Virus genome (UHGV): UHGV-0182515
From: a virus
Direction: 5' to 3' (one strand)
DNA: 42,850 nucleotides
Shown here: in pieces, positions 26,983-37,242 of the stretch
Position numbering within the stretch: the stretch's first letter is position 1
Layout of the letters: each line of letters starts with the position of its first letter
The notes under the pieces: generated by a model
The model's database searches: none
What the model was told of the DNA's origin: nothing
The model's input: the letters and a program-made list of their open reading frames with translations, nothing else
Translations under genes and position numbers: made by a program

Positions 26983-28401
26983 ATGCCGATTCAGCAACTT
27001 CCGCTCATGAAAGGCGTCGGCAAAGACTTCCGAAATGCCGACTATATCGACTATCTGCCAGTGAATATGCTGGCTACACCCAAAGAAATCCTGAACAGCA
27101 GCGGATATCTTCGCTCATTCCCGGGAATTGCCAAACGTTCTGATGTGAACGGCGTATCGCGCGGCGTCGAGTACAACATGGCGCAGAGTGCCGTTTATCG
27201 CGTGTGTGGTGGCAAGCTGTACAAAGGCGAAAGTGAAGTCGGTGACGTCGCCGGAAGTGGTCGCGTATCAATGGCGCATGGTCGAACATCTCAGGCTGTA
27301 GGCGTTAATGGTCAACTGGTCGAGTATCGCTATGATGGCACGGTTAAAACCGTATCAAACTGGCCTACAGACAGCGGTTTTACGCAGTATGAGTTAGGTT
27401 CAGTTCGCGACATTACGCGCTTACGTGGGCGTTATGCGTGGTCAAAAGACGGTACTGATTCATGGTTTATCACTGACCTTGAAGACGAATCGCACCCTGA
27501 CCGCTACAGCGCACAATATCGTGCAGAATCGCAGCCTGACGGCATCATCGGCATAGGTACATGGCGAGACTTTATCGTCTGCTTTGGTTCATCGACGATT
27601 GAATATTTCTCCCTGACGGGTGCAACCACCGTTGGTGCTGCTTTGTATGTCGCCCAGCCATCGTTAATGGTGCAGAAAGGTATCGCTGGAACCTACTGCA
27701 AAACGCAGTTCGCTGATTCGTATGCGTTCATCAGCAATCCGGCAACAGGTGCGCCGTCTGTGTATATCATCGGCTCTGGTCAGGTATCACCAATCGCCAG
27801 CGCGAGCATTGAGAAAATACTACGCTCCTACACTGCTGATGAACTGGCTGATGGCGTGATGGAGTCTCTGCGATTTGATGCGCATGAGTTGCTGATTATC
27901 CATCTTGCGCGCCATGTTCTCGTGTACGACGCATCTTCAAGCGCCAATGGTACGCAATGGTGTGTGTTGAAAACTGGCTTGTATGACGATGTGTACCGCG
28001 CTATCGACTTCATTTACGAAGGCAATCAGATAACGTGCGGCGATAAGCTGGAATCTGTTACCGGGAAACTGCAGTTCGATATCAGCAGCCAGTACGACAA
28101 GCAACAGGAACACCTGCTGTTTACTCCACTGTTCAAAGCGGATAACGCCAGAGTGTTCGACCTTGAGGTTGAATCGTCAACTGGCGTTGCGCAGTATGCT
28201 GACCGCCTTTTTCTCTCTGCAACCACTGACGGTATCAATTACGGGCGTGAGCAGATGATTGAGCAGAATGAACCGTTCGTTTACGACAAACGCGTTTTGT
28301 GGAAGCGAGTTGGGCGCATCAGGAAAAATGTCGGCTTCAAATTGCGTGTTATCACTAAGTCACCTGTCACTCTGTCAGGCTGCCAGATAAGGATCGAGTA
28401 A
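26983..28401 (+). CDS. Tail hub protein (P22 gp10-like)
   Basis: 472 aa, the same length and position as P22 gp10. Confidence 0.75.
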   Translation: MPIQQLPLMKGVGKDFRNADYIDYLPVNMLATPKEILNSSGYLRSFPGIAKRSDVNGVSRGVEYNMAQSAVYRVCGGKLYKGESEVGDVAGSGRVSMAHGRTSQAVGVNGQLVEYRYDGTVKTVSNWPTDSGFTQYELGSVRDITRLRGRYAWSKDGTDSWFITDLEDESHPDRYSAQYRAESQPDGIIGIGTWRDFIVCFGSSTIEYFSLTGATTVGAALYVAQPSLMVQKGIAGTYCKTQFADSYAFISNPATGAPSVYIIGSGQVSPIASASIEKILRSYTADELADGVMESLRFDAHELLIIHLARHVLVYDASSSANGTQWCVLKTGLYDDVYRAIDFIYEGNQITCGDKLESVTGKLQFDISSQYDKQQEHLLFTPLFKADNARVFDLEVESSTGVAQYADRLFLSATTDGINYGREQMIEQNEPFVYDKRVLWKRVGRIRKNVGFKLRVITKSPVTLSGCQIRIE

Positions 28402-29354
28402 TGGCTGATTCGAATCTCAATGAGCCGGTAATCATTCAGGCTACACGACTCGACACATCAGTCCTTCCACGCAATATCTTCTCGCAGTCATATCTGCTGT
28501 ACGTTATCGCACAGGGTGCTGATGTTGGTAACGTGGCTAACAAGGCCAACGAAGCAGGGAAGGGGGCTTATGATGCACAGGTGAAGAATGATGAGCAGGA
28601 TGTCACCCTTGCAGACCATGAATCCAGAATTGCTGCTGCTGAAGCAACTCTCGTCAATCATGAACATAGAATCGCAGCAGCGGAAAGCACTCTTGCAGAT
28701 CATGAAACAAGGATTACGGCTGCCGAAACAGAGCTGGCTGATCACGAGACGCGAATTGCTGCCAATGAATCTGAGTTAGCAAACCATGATGCGCGAATAA
28801 CTCAGAATACAACCGATATCAACGCACTTGATACCAGGCTCACAGCGGCAGAGGGAAGTATTTCGACGCTACAAAGCACAGTTGGTGATCACTCAACAAG
28901 AATATCTGCGCTTGAGTATGCCACCACGCGCAAGAAATCAGAGGTTGTTTACTCAGGAGTATCGGTAACCATTCCAACAGCGCCGACCAACCTTGTTAGC
29001 CTGCTGAAAACGCTCACGCCGTCATCCGGGACGTTGGCACCATTCTTCGATACTGATAACAACAAGATGGTTGTTTTCAACGAGAACAAAACCCTGTTCT
29101 TCAAGCTGTCGATTGTCGGGACGTGGCCCAGCGGAACCGCAAACAGGTCAATGCAGCTAACCTTTTCCGGCTCTGTTCCTGACACACTGGTAAGCAGTCG
29201 CAACTCGGCGACAACGACCGATAACATCCTGTTAGCTACGTTCTTCAGTGTGGATAAAGACGGCTTTCTTGCCACAAATGGCAGCACGTTAACCATTCAG
29301 TCGAATGGTGCGGCGTTTACTGCCACAACCATCAAGATAATCGCGGAGCAGTGA
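28401..29354 (+). CDS. Tail needle (P22 gp26-like) with heptad coiled-coil repeats and a C-terminal knob
   Basis: N-terminus [43 protein letters not shown] matches gp26; repeated [11 protein letters not shown] units; extra C-terminal about 100 aa. Confidence 0.8.
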   Translation: MADSNLNEPVIIQATRLDTSVLPRNIFSQSYLLYVIAQGADVGNVANKANEAGKGAYDAQVKNDEQDVTLADHESRIAAAEATLVNHEHRIAAAESTLADHETRITAAETELADHETRIAANESELANHDARITQNTTDINALDTRLTAAEGSISTLQSTVGDHSTRISALEYATTRKKSEVVYSGVSVTIPTAPTNLVSLLKTLTPSSGTLAPFFDTDNNKMVVFNENKTLFFKLSIVGTWPSGTANRSMQLTFSGSVPDTLVSSRNSATTTDNILLATFFSVDKDGFLATNGSTLTIQSNGAAFTATTIKIIAEQ

Positions 29355-29809
29355 TGATTCATTTCAAACCAACGCGAAACATCGACCTGATCGAAGCAGT
29401 AGGAAATCACCCTGACATTATCGCCGGGAGCAACAACGGCGATGGATACGACTACAAGCCTGAATGCCGTTACTTTGAGGTGAACGTGCACGGGCAGTTC
29501 GGCGGAATTGTTTACTATCAGGAGATTCAGCCGCTGACCTTTGATTGCCACGCCATGTACCTGCCAGAGATTCGTGGATTCAGCAAGGAAATCGGGCTGG
29601 CGTTCTGGCGATACATTCTGACTAACACCACCGTTCAGTGCGTCACATCGTTCGCCGCACGCAAATTCCGCCACGGGCAGATTTACTGCGCAATGATTGG
29701 CCTTAAGCGTGTCGGAACCATCAAGAAATACTTTAAAGGCGTGGATGACGTGACGTTTTACAGCGCCACACGCGAAGAACTAATCGACTTCCTGAATCAC
29801 GGGAGATAG
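29351..29809 (+). CDS. P22 gp14-like head/DNA-stabilisation protein
   Basis: Position after the needle gene and size (152 aa). Confidence 0.5.
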   Translation: MMIHFKPTRNIDLIEAVGNHPDIIAGSNNGDGYDYKPECRYFEVNVHGQFGGIVYYQEIQPLTFDCHAMYLPEIRGFSKEIGLAFWRYILTNTTVQCVTSFAARKFRHGQIYCAMIGLKRVGTIKKYFKGVDDVTFYSATREELIDFLNHGR

Positions 29810-29811
29810 CC

Positions 29812-30504
29812 ATGTTATATGCATTTAAGCTGGGCAGAAAACTGCGCGGCGAGGAACCTTATTGCCCTGAAAAAGGCGGGAAAGGTGGAGCCGATAAAAG
29901 CGCAAAGTATGCAGCAGAAGCCCAGAAGTATTCCGCAGACCTGCAAAATCAGCAGTTCAACACCATCATGAACAACCTGAAACCGTTTACTCCTCTGGCT
30001 GAGAAGTATGTCGGCAGCCTCGAGAACTTATCGTCTCTGGAGGGGCAAGGTCAGGCGCTTAACCAGTATTACAACTCTCAGCAGTACAAAGACCTTGCTG
30101 GTCAGGCGCGCTATCAGAGTCTGGCGGCAGCGGAAGCAACAGGTGGATTAGGTTCCACCGCAACCAGTAATCAGTTAGCAACAATCGCACCAACGCTTGG
30201 TCAGCAGTGGCTGTCTGGCCAGATGAACAACTACCAGAATCTGGCAAATATTGGTCTTGGCGCTCTTCAGGGGCAGGCAAACGCCGGGCAAACATATGCC
30301 AACAACATGAGCCAGATTTCACAGCAAAGCGCGGCACTGGCGGCGGCAAACGCTAATAGACCTTCCGGCCTTCAATCTGCAATAGGCGGGGCTGCCTCTG
30401 GAGCAATTGCTGGAGCACAGCTTGGCAGCATTGTTCCCGGTATTGGTACTGGTATTGGTGCCGCTGTTGGCGGCGGTCTTGGTCTTCTTGGTTCACTGTT
30501 TTAA
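29812..30504 (+). CDS. Ejection (injection) protein, gp7-like
   Basis: Gln/Ala-rich with a Gly-rich hydrophobic C-terminus; first of three ejection genes. Confidence 0.65.
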   Translation: MLYAFKLGRKLRGEEPYCPEKGGKGGADKSAKYAAEAQKYSADLQNQQFNTIMNNLKPFTPLAEKYVGSLENLSSLEGQGQALNQYYNSQQYKDLAGQARYQSLAAAEATGGLGSTATSNQLATIAPTLGQQWLSGQMNNYQNLANIGLGALQGQANAGQTYANNMSQISQQSAALAAANANRPSGLQSAIGGAASGAIAGAQLGSIVPGIGTGIGAAVGGGLGLLGSLF

Positions 30505-30514
30505 GGGGTAATCA

Positions 30515-31990
30515 ATGGCTACGTGGCAACAGGGTATTAATTCTGGTGGTTTTCTGGCTGGCATTGGTGCGCAAAATGAGAATGCGCCAAAAGCAAGCGA
30601 CATTAACGCAACGCTTGGTCTGATCCGCGAAAACAATGAGTTGGCTCGCTCAGGTGCAAATAACGTTGGTCTGACCGCGTTACGTGGTCTGGCTGGAGTT
30701 GCTGATATTTACAATCAGGAACAGCAACAGAAAGCGATTAGTGCGTTCAATAAGGTTCACGCTGATGCATGGGCTTCTGGTGATCCATCGGGACTATTTA
30801 AGTTTGCCCAGGAAAATCCAGCGTTTGTTGCACAGGCACAACAGGCGTTTTCCGGTCTTAATGATCAGCAACGTAACGATATGGGCGATTTAGCCATGAG
30901 GGCTAACGTCGCTCTTTCTCAGGGACCGGAAGCCTACAGTAAATTCATTACTGACAACAAGGACAGGTTAAATCGCGTTGGTGCGAATGCTGACTGGATG
31001 ATTCAGACAGGTATCCAGAATCCAGAGCAGTTATCACACATGCTGACTACTATGTCTCTCGGTGCGCTTGGGCCAGAAAAGGCGTTTGCTGTTCAGGACA
31101 AGATAGCTGGTCGTGAGATTGACCGAGGCAGACTGGCAGAGACAATCCGCAGCAATCAGGCCAGCGAAGCACTTCAGGCGAGAGGGCAGGATATTAGCCG
31201 AGCAAATGCGTTAACGTCAGCATATGCACCAACAGCCGCAATGCAGAATTACAATCAGTACGCGCAAATGTTAAAGGCGGATCCAGATGGTGCAGCGGCA
31301 TTTGCGGCAGCGGCGGGAATTAATCCCAATGCTAAGAAATTACTTAAGGTTGAAACCAATCCTGATGGCTCGGTAACTAAGTATTACACCGATGGCAGCG
31401 AGGAAGCCGGAAAACTAAACCAACCTATATCTGGTGATGGCATTAAACCAATTAGCTTGCCACAAGCGCAAAGCATCATAGATAAGGCTAATGAGGGTTC
31501 CAAGAAGGCGGCAGGATTTGCTTTGCGATTAAAAGATTCAATGGACTCAATGAATCAGCTTAGTAAAAGCATTGACCCTAAGCGAGTTGCATTAATAAAT
31601 CGCTCTCTTGGTGATGGGACTATTGCAAATTTAAGCCTATCACCAGCGGAGCAGCAATATATGGTAAATGCGAGAGACGCCTTGTATGCAATTTTGCGCC
31701 CAGAAACAGGTGCAGCAATTACTCTGCCAGAGATGCAGGAGTATTCCAAAATGTACCTGCCTCAGCCCGGTGATTCCAAGGCTGCTACTGAAACAAAAAT
31801 GCGAAAAATGCAGGGCCAATATAACTCATTACGTGGTCAGTCTGGTCGCGTTTATGATGCTTTGGTGGTTTCAAGTGCTGCAAATAGTCAACAACAGAGC
31901 AATAGCCAACAACCGACAAATACCCAACAGCAGCAGAGTCAATCCGGATCATATACCTCAAAATCAGGCATTCAATTTACGGTGGAATGA
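30515..31990 (+). CDS. Ejection protein, gp20-like
   Basis: 491 aa, position and composition as in P22-like phages. Confidence 0.65.
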   Translation: MATWQQGINSGGFLAGIGAQNENAPKASDINATLGLIRENNELARSGANNVGLTALRGLAGVADIYNQEQQQKAISAFNKVHADAWASGDPSGLFKFAQENPAFVAQAQQAFSGLNDQQRNDMGDLAMRANVALSQGPEAYSKFITDNKDRLNRVGANADWMIQTGIQNPEQLSHMLTTMSLGALGPEKAFAVQDKIAGREIDRGRLAETIRSNQASEALQARGQDISRANALTSAYAPTAAMQNYNQYAQMLKADPDGAAAFAAAAGINPNAKKLLKVETNPDGSVTKYYTDGSEEAGKLNQPISGDGIKPISLPQAQSIIDKANEGSKKAAGFALRLKDSMDSMNQLSKSIDPKRVALINRSLGDGTIANLSLSPAEQQYMVNARDALYAILRPETGAAITLPEMQEYSKMYLPQPGDSKAATETKMRKMQGQYNSLRGQSGRVYDALVVSSAANSQQQSNSQQPTNTQQQQSQSGSYTSKSGIQFTVE

Positions 31991-33828
31991 TGAAAGTAAC
32001 TGCAAACGGTAAGACATTTACCTTCCCTGATGGTACGAGCACGGAAGATATTGGCACCGCCATTGATGAGTATTTTGCTGGTCAGGCTGTTCAGCAACAA
32101 ACAGTTAATCAGGCCAATAATGAACCAGCACGTGAAGAACCATCATTGATGCAACAAGCTGGCGATTGGCTCACAGGTGGTCAAAGTGCAGGGCAAATTG
32201 CAGAGCAGGCTGGTCGTGGTCTGGTAAACATACCATTTGACGTATTGCAGGGCGGCGCAAGTCTGATTAATGCAATCAGTCATGGGCTTGGTGGACCCAA
32301 GGTTTTGGATGATGTTTATCGTCCAGTAGACAGACCGACAGACCCATACGCACAAGCCGGTGAAACAATTGGTGGGTATTTAGTTCCAGGAGTTGGAACG
32401 GCAGGAAGCATGGCTATTGGATCACTGGCAGAGGCCGCAAATCAGAAAGGCGATTTCGCACAAAATGCAGCTAAAAATGCCGGAGTTAACCTTGCCGCTC
32501 AGGGGGTTCTTTCCGCAGCAGCAAAGGGAATAGGGCGTGGAATAACGGCTATAAAAGGTGATATTGCGCCAGAAGTGGCGAAGAAAATTGCCACATCAGA
32601 ATCGATTGGCGTGACACCAATGACATCTGATGTTATCCCGCCGAAAAATGCTTTCACTCGCGGCCTTACTCAGGATGCCGAGGGGGCTTTGCTCGGGACA
32701 GGCTCAAAGCGAGCGGAGCAATATGCAACGCGTAGTAAGTTGGTAAGTAATTATTTTGACCGTTTTGGTGAGTACAACCCGGATGATGTGGTGAAATCTC
32801 TGACCACCACGTTAAGGGGACGGAAGGATGCCGCTGGCGCTGTTATCAATGACGTCACCAATAAAATGGGGAATGCCGCAGTTGATACCACAAACACTAT
32901 GAATGCTCTGAATACAGCGATCGCAAGACAGGAACGGCTTGGGACGTCTGCCAATCAAAGCCTGCTTACATCCTTGCGTAACCTACGCGAAGAATTAGCA
33001 AACCCTGCAACTGATTTGGATGTTACGTTTGATCTCTTGCGTCAGCACAGAACAGCATTTAGATCTAATGTTCAGGGAGATGCTATGGTCTTCCCCAACC
33101 AGGCAAAAGCAGCTACCAATATGGTAGAGAATGCAATGTCAAAAGACCTTCGTAACGCAGTTGCTAAAAACCTCGGTGCATCAGACGCAGCAAAATACCT
33201 TAAAGCAAATTCCGATTATGCAAACGTTTATAATAAGGTGCTTAATAAAAACATTGCCAACAAGCTCAACAAGGCAAGCAGTGAAGCCAGTCCTGAACTT
33301 ATAAATACCGTTGTATTAAGCAGAAAACCATCTGACGTGAAACGAATCTGGAGCGCATTGGATGATAAAGGGAAAGATGCTATGCGTGCAGCTTACGTCA
33401 GCAAAATAGCGGAAAAGGCCGGTGACTCTCCAGCCAAGTTCATCACTGAAGTTAATAAGCTTAAATCTCAGTCAGGCGGTGAAATTTACAACACTATTTT
33501 TTCTGGAAAGCACATGAAAGAGCTCGATGCTCTTCATGAAGTTCTACAGCAAACAGCAAGGTCAGACACCGCAAATGTAGTAACTCAGACGGGGCAATCA
33601 CAAGCCAACAGGATAAGGACGATTGGCGCAACTGCGACTCTTGGAGTATCAATGGGGATTGAGGCTGGTTTTGGTGCAATGATGCGTTTGTATGAGTCCA
33701 AAGCAGCAAGGAATGCGCTCTTACGTCTGGCAAACACTAAAGCTGGAACGCCAGCTTATGAAAGAGCGCTAAATCAGGCTGCTACTGCCGTGCGCCCGCT
33801 CTTAGCTAACGAAGCGACACGGCAGTAG
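31987..33828 (+). CDS. Ejection protein, gp16-like
   Basis: 613 aa Ala/Gly-rich protein ending the ejection gene trio. Confidence 0.65.
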   Translation: MMKVTANGKTFTFPDGTSTEDIGTAIDEYFAGQAVQQQTVNQANNEPAREEPSLMQQAGDWLTGGQSAGQIAEQAGRGLVNIPFDVLQGGASLINAISHGLGGPKVLDDVYRPVDRPTDPYAQAGETIGGYLVPGVGTAGSMAIGSLAEAANQKGDFAQNAAKNAGVNLAAQGVLSAAAKGIGRGITAIKGDIAPEVAKKIATSESIGVTPMTSDVIPPKNAFTRGLTQDAEGALLGTGSKRAEQYATRSKLVSNYFDRFGEYNPDDVVKSLTTTLRGRKDAAGAVINDVTNKMGNAAVDTTNTMNALNTAIARQERLGTSANQSLLTSLRNLREELANPATDLDVTFDLLRQHRTAFRSNVQGDAMVFPNQAKAATNMVENAMSKDLRNAVAKNLGASDAAKYLKANSDYANVYNKVLNKNIANKLNKASSEASPELINTVVLSRKPSDVKRIWSALDDKGKDAMRAAYVSKIAEKAGDSPAKFITEVNKLKSQSGGEIYNTIFSGKHMKELDALHEVLQQTARSDTANVVTQTGQSQANRIRTIGATATLGVSMGIEAGFGAMMRLYESKAARNALLRLANTKAGTPAYERALNQAATAVRPLLANEATRQ

Positions 33829-33850
33829 CACTGTAAGCCAAGGACGGCAT

Positions 33851-34333
33851 TTATTTTATAGTTTTTATGAATTCTTTATTAAATCCCTTAGCTTCTCCGG
33901 GGTATCTTCCAAAGACAATTTTTATAAAAACAGAAAAAATAAAGATAGCAACGCTTAACAACAGTTGCAGTATCATTGGAACCCAAAGAACTACAGGCTC
34001 TATATTCATGAAACCAAATATTCTTCCGGCGATCATGGCGAAGTACCACACTGTTATCAGCAAACTTAGTGGCATATGAATTACTGATATTACCAATCCA
34101 AGAGCATCAGTAATTCTATTTTCAAATTTTTCAGGGGAAAACTTTTCTTTAAGGTAATTAAGTGCGCAGGTCTCATTCTCTGGATTTTCAGCATTTTTCC
34201 CTATGGCAATAGAAATCTCAGATATCCTTGATTCAATTCTTTTGCGTTTAATAAAACTAGAAAAAAAGAACCACGCAATCTGCAACCCTATCCCCATAAA
34301 TAGAGTTGCGGCAACTAGCACAGCGTAACTCAT
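33851..34333 (-). CDS. Inner-membrane protein in the sieA position (putative superinfection exclusion); may start at 34417
   Basis: Three hydrophobic TM segments; AT-rich codon usage; sits between the ejection genes and immI, where P22 carries sieA. Confidence 0.45.
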   Translation of the reverse strand: MSYAVLVAATLFMGIGLQIAWFFFSSFIKRKRIESRISEISIAIGKNAENPENETCALNYLKEKFSPEKFENRITDALGLVISVIHMPLSLLITVWYFAMIAGRIFGFMNIEPVVLWVPMILQLLLSVAIFIFSVFIKIVFGRYPGEAKGFNKEFIKTIK

Positions 34334-34395
34334 AGAATCAGACACACCAACCTCTTTAGTTTTTCTAGTTACTTTGTCACGATAGGATATGCGAA

Positions 34396-34605
34396 TTGAT
34401 AAAACTAAATTACGCACATGATAACTCAGTAATAATTGTTAATGAAAACATGATCACCTATATTGCACAAGGCGAAACAGGAAGCATAATCTGGTTTCAT
34501 GAGTGTGATCACGTTTGGGTAAATCAAAGTCAAGAGGAAATACTTGAAATTATCAAAAATAACTATCTAAACGTTGCACACGACTCATCTATCCATTTTT
34601 CATAA
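34396..34605 (+). CDS. Small hypothetical ORF (doubtful)
   Basis: 69-aa ORF on the opposite strand between two minus-strand genes; no RBS seen. Confidence 0.15.
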   Translation: MIKLNYAHDNSVIIVNENMITYIAQGETGSIIWFHECDHVWVNQSQEEILEIIKNNYLNVAHDSSIHFS

Positions 34606-35144
34606 AATTGTATACCGAGATGGGCAAGAACAGATGGATGTATATCAACAAGCTTTTCGCCAAGATGTTCTGTTGGAGGTGGATAATCTTTGCCTTGGTT
34701 TCTTACGGTTATAGGCATAGTTGTTGCTGGATGAAACTCAACTATCATAGGGTCGCCTTCGTATTTTGCTATTTTCCCTGTTGAATCAATGATTAACTCT
34801 TTAATATAATGGCTTCTTGCTCCAGGAAATGCCCCAAGAGTAGTATAAGGAGGTTCAAGTTTTGAGATTTCCATAGTGGAATGATGATCAGCATTTCTTG
34901 CTTGGTGAAGGTAAGCAAGTGTTTTGTCTGTTTTTCTAAGCATGAACTTTTGGTTGAAGTGGCTGCTAAATTTTCCACTAACCGGCTTTGTTGCACAGAG
35001 CAACTTACTGAAAGACTTTTCTATATGCCCAAGACATTCTCGCCAGTGCATTTCAAAATCATCATGGTTTGTAGATGATTTCATCTGCTCTAGGCACTTT
35101 TTAGCTGCGATGATTTCTTTTTTTGCTGGGTTGTAATCGATCAT
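34563..35144 (-). CDS. Unknown cytoplasmic protein (193 aa) translationally coupled to mnt
   Basis: Start ATG overlaps the mnt stop (ATGA at 35141-35144); AT-rich; no recognised domain. Confidence 0.55.
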   Translation of the reverse strand: MIDYNPAKKEIIAAKKCLEQMKSSTNHDDFEMHWRECLGHIEKSFSKLLCATKPVSGKFSSHFNQKFMLRKTDKTLAYLHQARNADHHSTMEISKLEPPYTTLGAFPGARSHYIKELIIDSTGKIAKYEGDPMIVEFHPATTMPITVRNQGKDYPPPTEHLGEKLVDIHPSVLAHLGIQFYEKWIDESCATFR

Positions 35145-35395
35145 TTTGCATCCTTGCCATACATGTTTTTAAGTGTCTCAAATACCACAGACTTGAACTG
35201 TTCAGCCTGCATCTCGGCTAATCGTTCAGCTTCATTGCGATAACCTTTTACAGGAGATGGTCTCGATAGAGCATCTTGGACGATTTGCAACAATTCTGAG
35301 TTCATTGATCTACCATTTGACTCTGCTCTGTATTTTAATTTTTCTCTTACTTCCAAAGGCATGCGGAAGTTAAAGTGCGGATCATCTCTAGCCAT
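35141..35395 (-). CDS. mnt: Mnt repressor (ribbon-helix-helix)
   Basis: MARDDPHFNFRMPLEVREKLKYRAESNGRSMNSELLQIVQDAL.. matches P22 Mnt. Confidence 0.9.
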   Translation of the reverse strand: MARDDPHFNFRMPLEVREKLKYRAESNGRSMNSELLQIVQDALSRPSPVKGYRNEAERLAEMQAEQFKSVVFETLKNMYGKDAK

Positions 35396-35417
35396 GCCAT
35401 CACTCCAAGTTAGTGTA

Positions 35418-35470
35418 TTGACATGATAGAAGCACTCTACTATATTCTCAATAGGTCCACCGTGGACCTA
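35418..35470. promoter_or_regulatory. Pant promoter (-35 TTGACA 35418-35423, -10 TATATT 35441-35446), Arc operator (35423-35443) and Mnt operator palindrome AGGTCCACCGTGGACCT (35454-35470)
   Basis: Canonical hexamers with 17-bp spacing; the 21-bp arc operator lies between them; a 17-bp perfect palindrome follows. Confidence 0.8.
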
Positions 35471-35485
35471 TATTGTGAGGTGAAC

Positions 35486-35647
35486 ATGAAAGGAATGAGC
35501 AAAATGCCGCAGTTCAATTTGCGGTGGCCTAAAGAAGTATTGGATTTGGTACGCAAGGTGGCGGAAGAGAATGGTCGGTCTGTTAACTCTGAGATTTATC
35601 AGAGAGTAATGGACAGCTTTAAGAAGGAAGGGCGTATTGGCGCGTAA
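35486..35647 (+). CDS. arc: Arc repressor (ribbon-helix-helix)
   Basis: [53 protein letters not shown] matches P22 Arc. Confidence 0.9.
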   Translation: MKGMSKMPQFNLRWPKEVLDLVRKVAEENGRSVNSEIYQRVMDSFKKEGRIGA

Positions 35648-35715
35648 AGTTGAAGCCCCAACTGCGGGAACAGTCAGGGCTTCTGTTGTCAGTAAATTCG
35701 TGGAGAAAAACCAAC

Positions 35716-36618
35716 ATGAATAGTATAGCAATTTTAGAAGCAGTGAACACCTCTTACGTACCTTTCAATGGTCAGCAGATTATCACCGCCATGACTGCCG
35801 GAGTTGCATATGTTGCGATGAAGCCAATCGTTGAAAACCTTGGAATGAGCTGGTCAACGCAGCAAACAAAACTCATGAAGCAGATTAGCAAATTCAACTG
35901 TGTTCATATGAACATGGTTGCCGCTGATGGTAAGCTTCGTAAGCTACTCTTCCTTCCTTTGAAGAAGTTAAATGGATGGCTGTTCAGCATCAACCCTGAG
36001 AAAGTTCGTGCTGACATTCGCGATAAACTGATTCAGTACCAGGAAGAATGCTTTACTGTGCTGCATGACTACTGGACGAAGGGAAAGGCAGAAAATGCAC
36101 GTAAGAAAACATCTGTTGATGACAGGACTCCGCTTCGTGATGCTGTAAATATGCTAGTCAGCAAAAAGCATCTAATGTACCCAGAAGCTTATGCAATGAT
36201 TCATCAGCGTTTCAACGTGGAAAGTATTGAAGAGCTTGATTCATCTCAGATACCGCAAGCAGTAGAGTACATCCACAGGGTAGTGCTTGAAGGCGAGTTC
36301 ATCGGAAAACAAGAGAAGAAAACCAACGAGCTTTCTGCAAAAGAAGCAAACAGCCTTGTATGGTTATGGGATTATGCCAACCGCTCACAGGCATTATTCC
36401 GCGAACTGTATCCGGCGCTAAAACAAATTCAATCGAACTATTCAGGCAGATGCTACGACTACGGTCATGAGTTCTCGTATGTTATCGGAATGGCGAGAGA
36501 CGTTTTAATCAATCACACACGAGATGTTGATATCAATGAGCCAGACGGACCAACGAATCTTTCCGCATGGATGAGACTTAAGAATAAAGAATTACCTCCT
36601 TCAGTACATAACTACTGA
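35716..36618 (+). CDS. ant: Antirepressor Ant
   Basis: [26 protein letters not shown]..; 300 aa, P22 Ant-like. Confidence 0.85.
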   Translation: MNSIAILEAVNTSYVPFNGQQIITAMTAGVAYVAMKPIVENLGMSWSTQQTKLMKQISKFNCVHMNMVAADGKLRKLLFLPLKKLNGWLFSINPEKVRADIRDKLIQYQEECFTVLHDYWTKGKAENARKKTSVDDRTPLRDAVNMLVSKKHLMYPEAYAMIHQRFNVESIEELDSSQIPQAVEYIHRVVLEGEFIGKQEKKTNELSAKEANSLVWLWDYANRSQALFRELYPALKQIQSNYSGRCYDYGHEFSYVIGMARDVLINHTRDVDINEPDGPTNLSAWMRLKNKELPPSVHNY

Positions 36619-36635
36619 CAGATAACCAACGCAAC

Positions 36636-36660
36636 GACCCAGCTTCGGCTGGGTTTTTTT
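36636..36660 (+). terminator. Rho-independent terminator after ant
   Basis: Hairpin cccagc-ttcg-gctggg followed by TTTTTTT. Confidence 0.75.
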
Positions 36661-36728
36661 ATGCCCAAAATTCACCGTAGCCATGCTGCGGCGATTCCTT
36701 GTATCTGGAGCAAATTAAATGACAGACA

Positions 36729-37229
36729 TTACCTACTCAACAGATGGTCAGCAACCATGTTTGCTGCCTTATAAGCTATAGCCGCTTCATCAATGGTGTT
36801 GAATCTCCCAAGGGTTATGTTTTTACCTGAGACATTTATCTGAGCTTGCCATTGATTTCTGGCTTGACAGAAAGTTACCCCCTTGATTCCAGCATTGCTA
36901 TTTCGAGGTCCGACATTTAATGCATTTACGACTCTGCTGACATCCCTAAGGTTTGAGATTGCGTTATTTCTTCTGTTTCTATCAATGTGGTCAATCTCTT
37001 GTTTGGGCCATTCGCCATATACATACAGCCAGGCAAGTCTATGTGCAAAATATCTTACGCCATCAATATTAATTGCGTTATATCCATAAGAAATTGTGCC
37101 AGCAACTTTCCCAACAGCACCTCTGGCGCTTAATTTCTTTTTCCAAGTGAAAATTCCTGTTTCTTTATTGTAATCGAGAACCTCCATAAGGCGCTCCCGA
37201 GTTACTACCTCGTGACGTCTCTTACTCAT
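36729..37229 (-). CDS. HNH endonuclease with AP2-type DNA-binding domain
   Basis: HNH region [32 protein letters not shown] and an AP2-like segment [41 protein letters not shown] upstream of the ATG at 37229. Confidence 0.7.
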   Translation of the reverse strand: MSKRRHEVVTRERLMEVLDYNKETGIFTWKKKLSARGAVGKVAGTISYGYNAINIDGVRYFAHRLAWLYVYGEWPKQEIDHIDRNRRNNAISNLRDVSRVVNALNVGPRNSNAGIKGVTFCQARNQWQAQINVSGKNITLGRFNTIDEAAIAYKAANMVADHLLSR

Positions 37230-37242
37230 TATTTTCTCCGGA

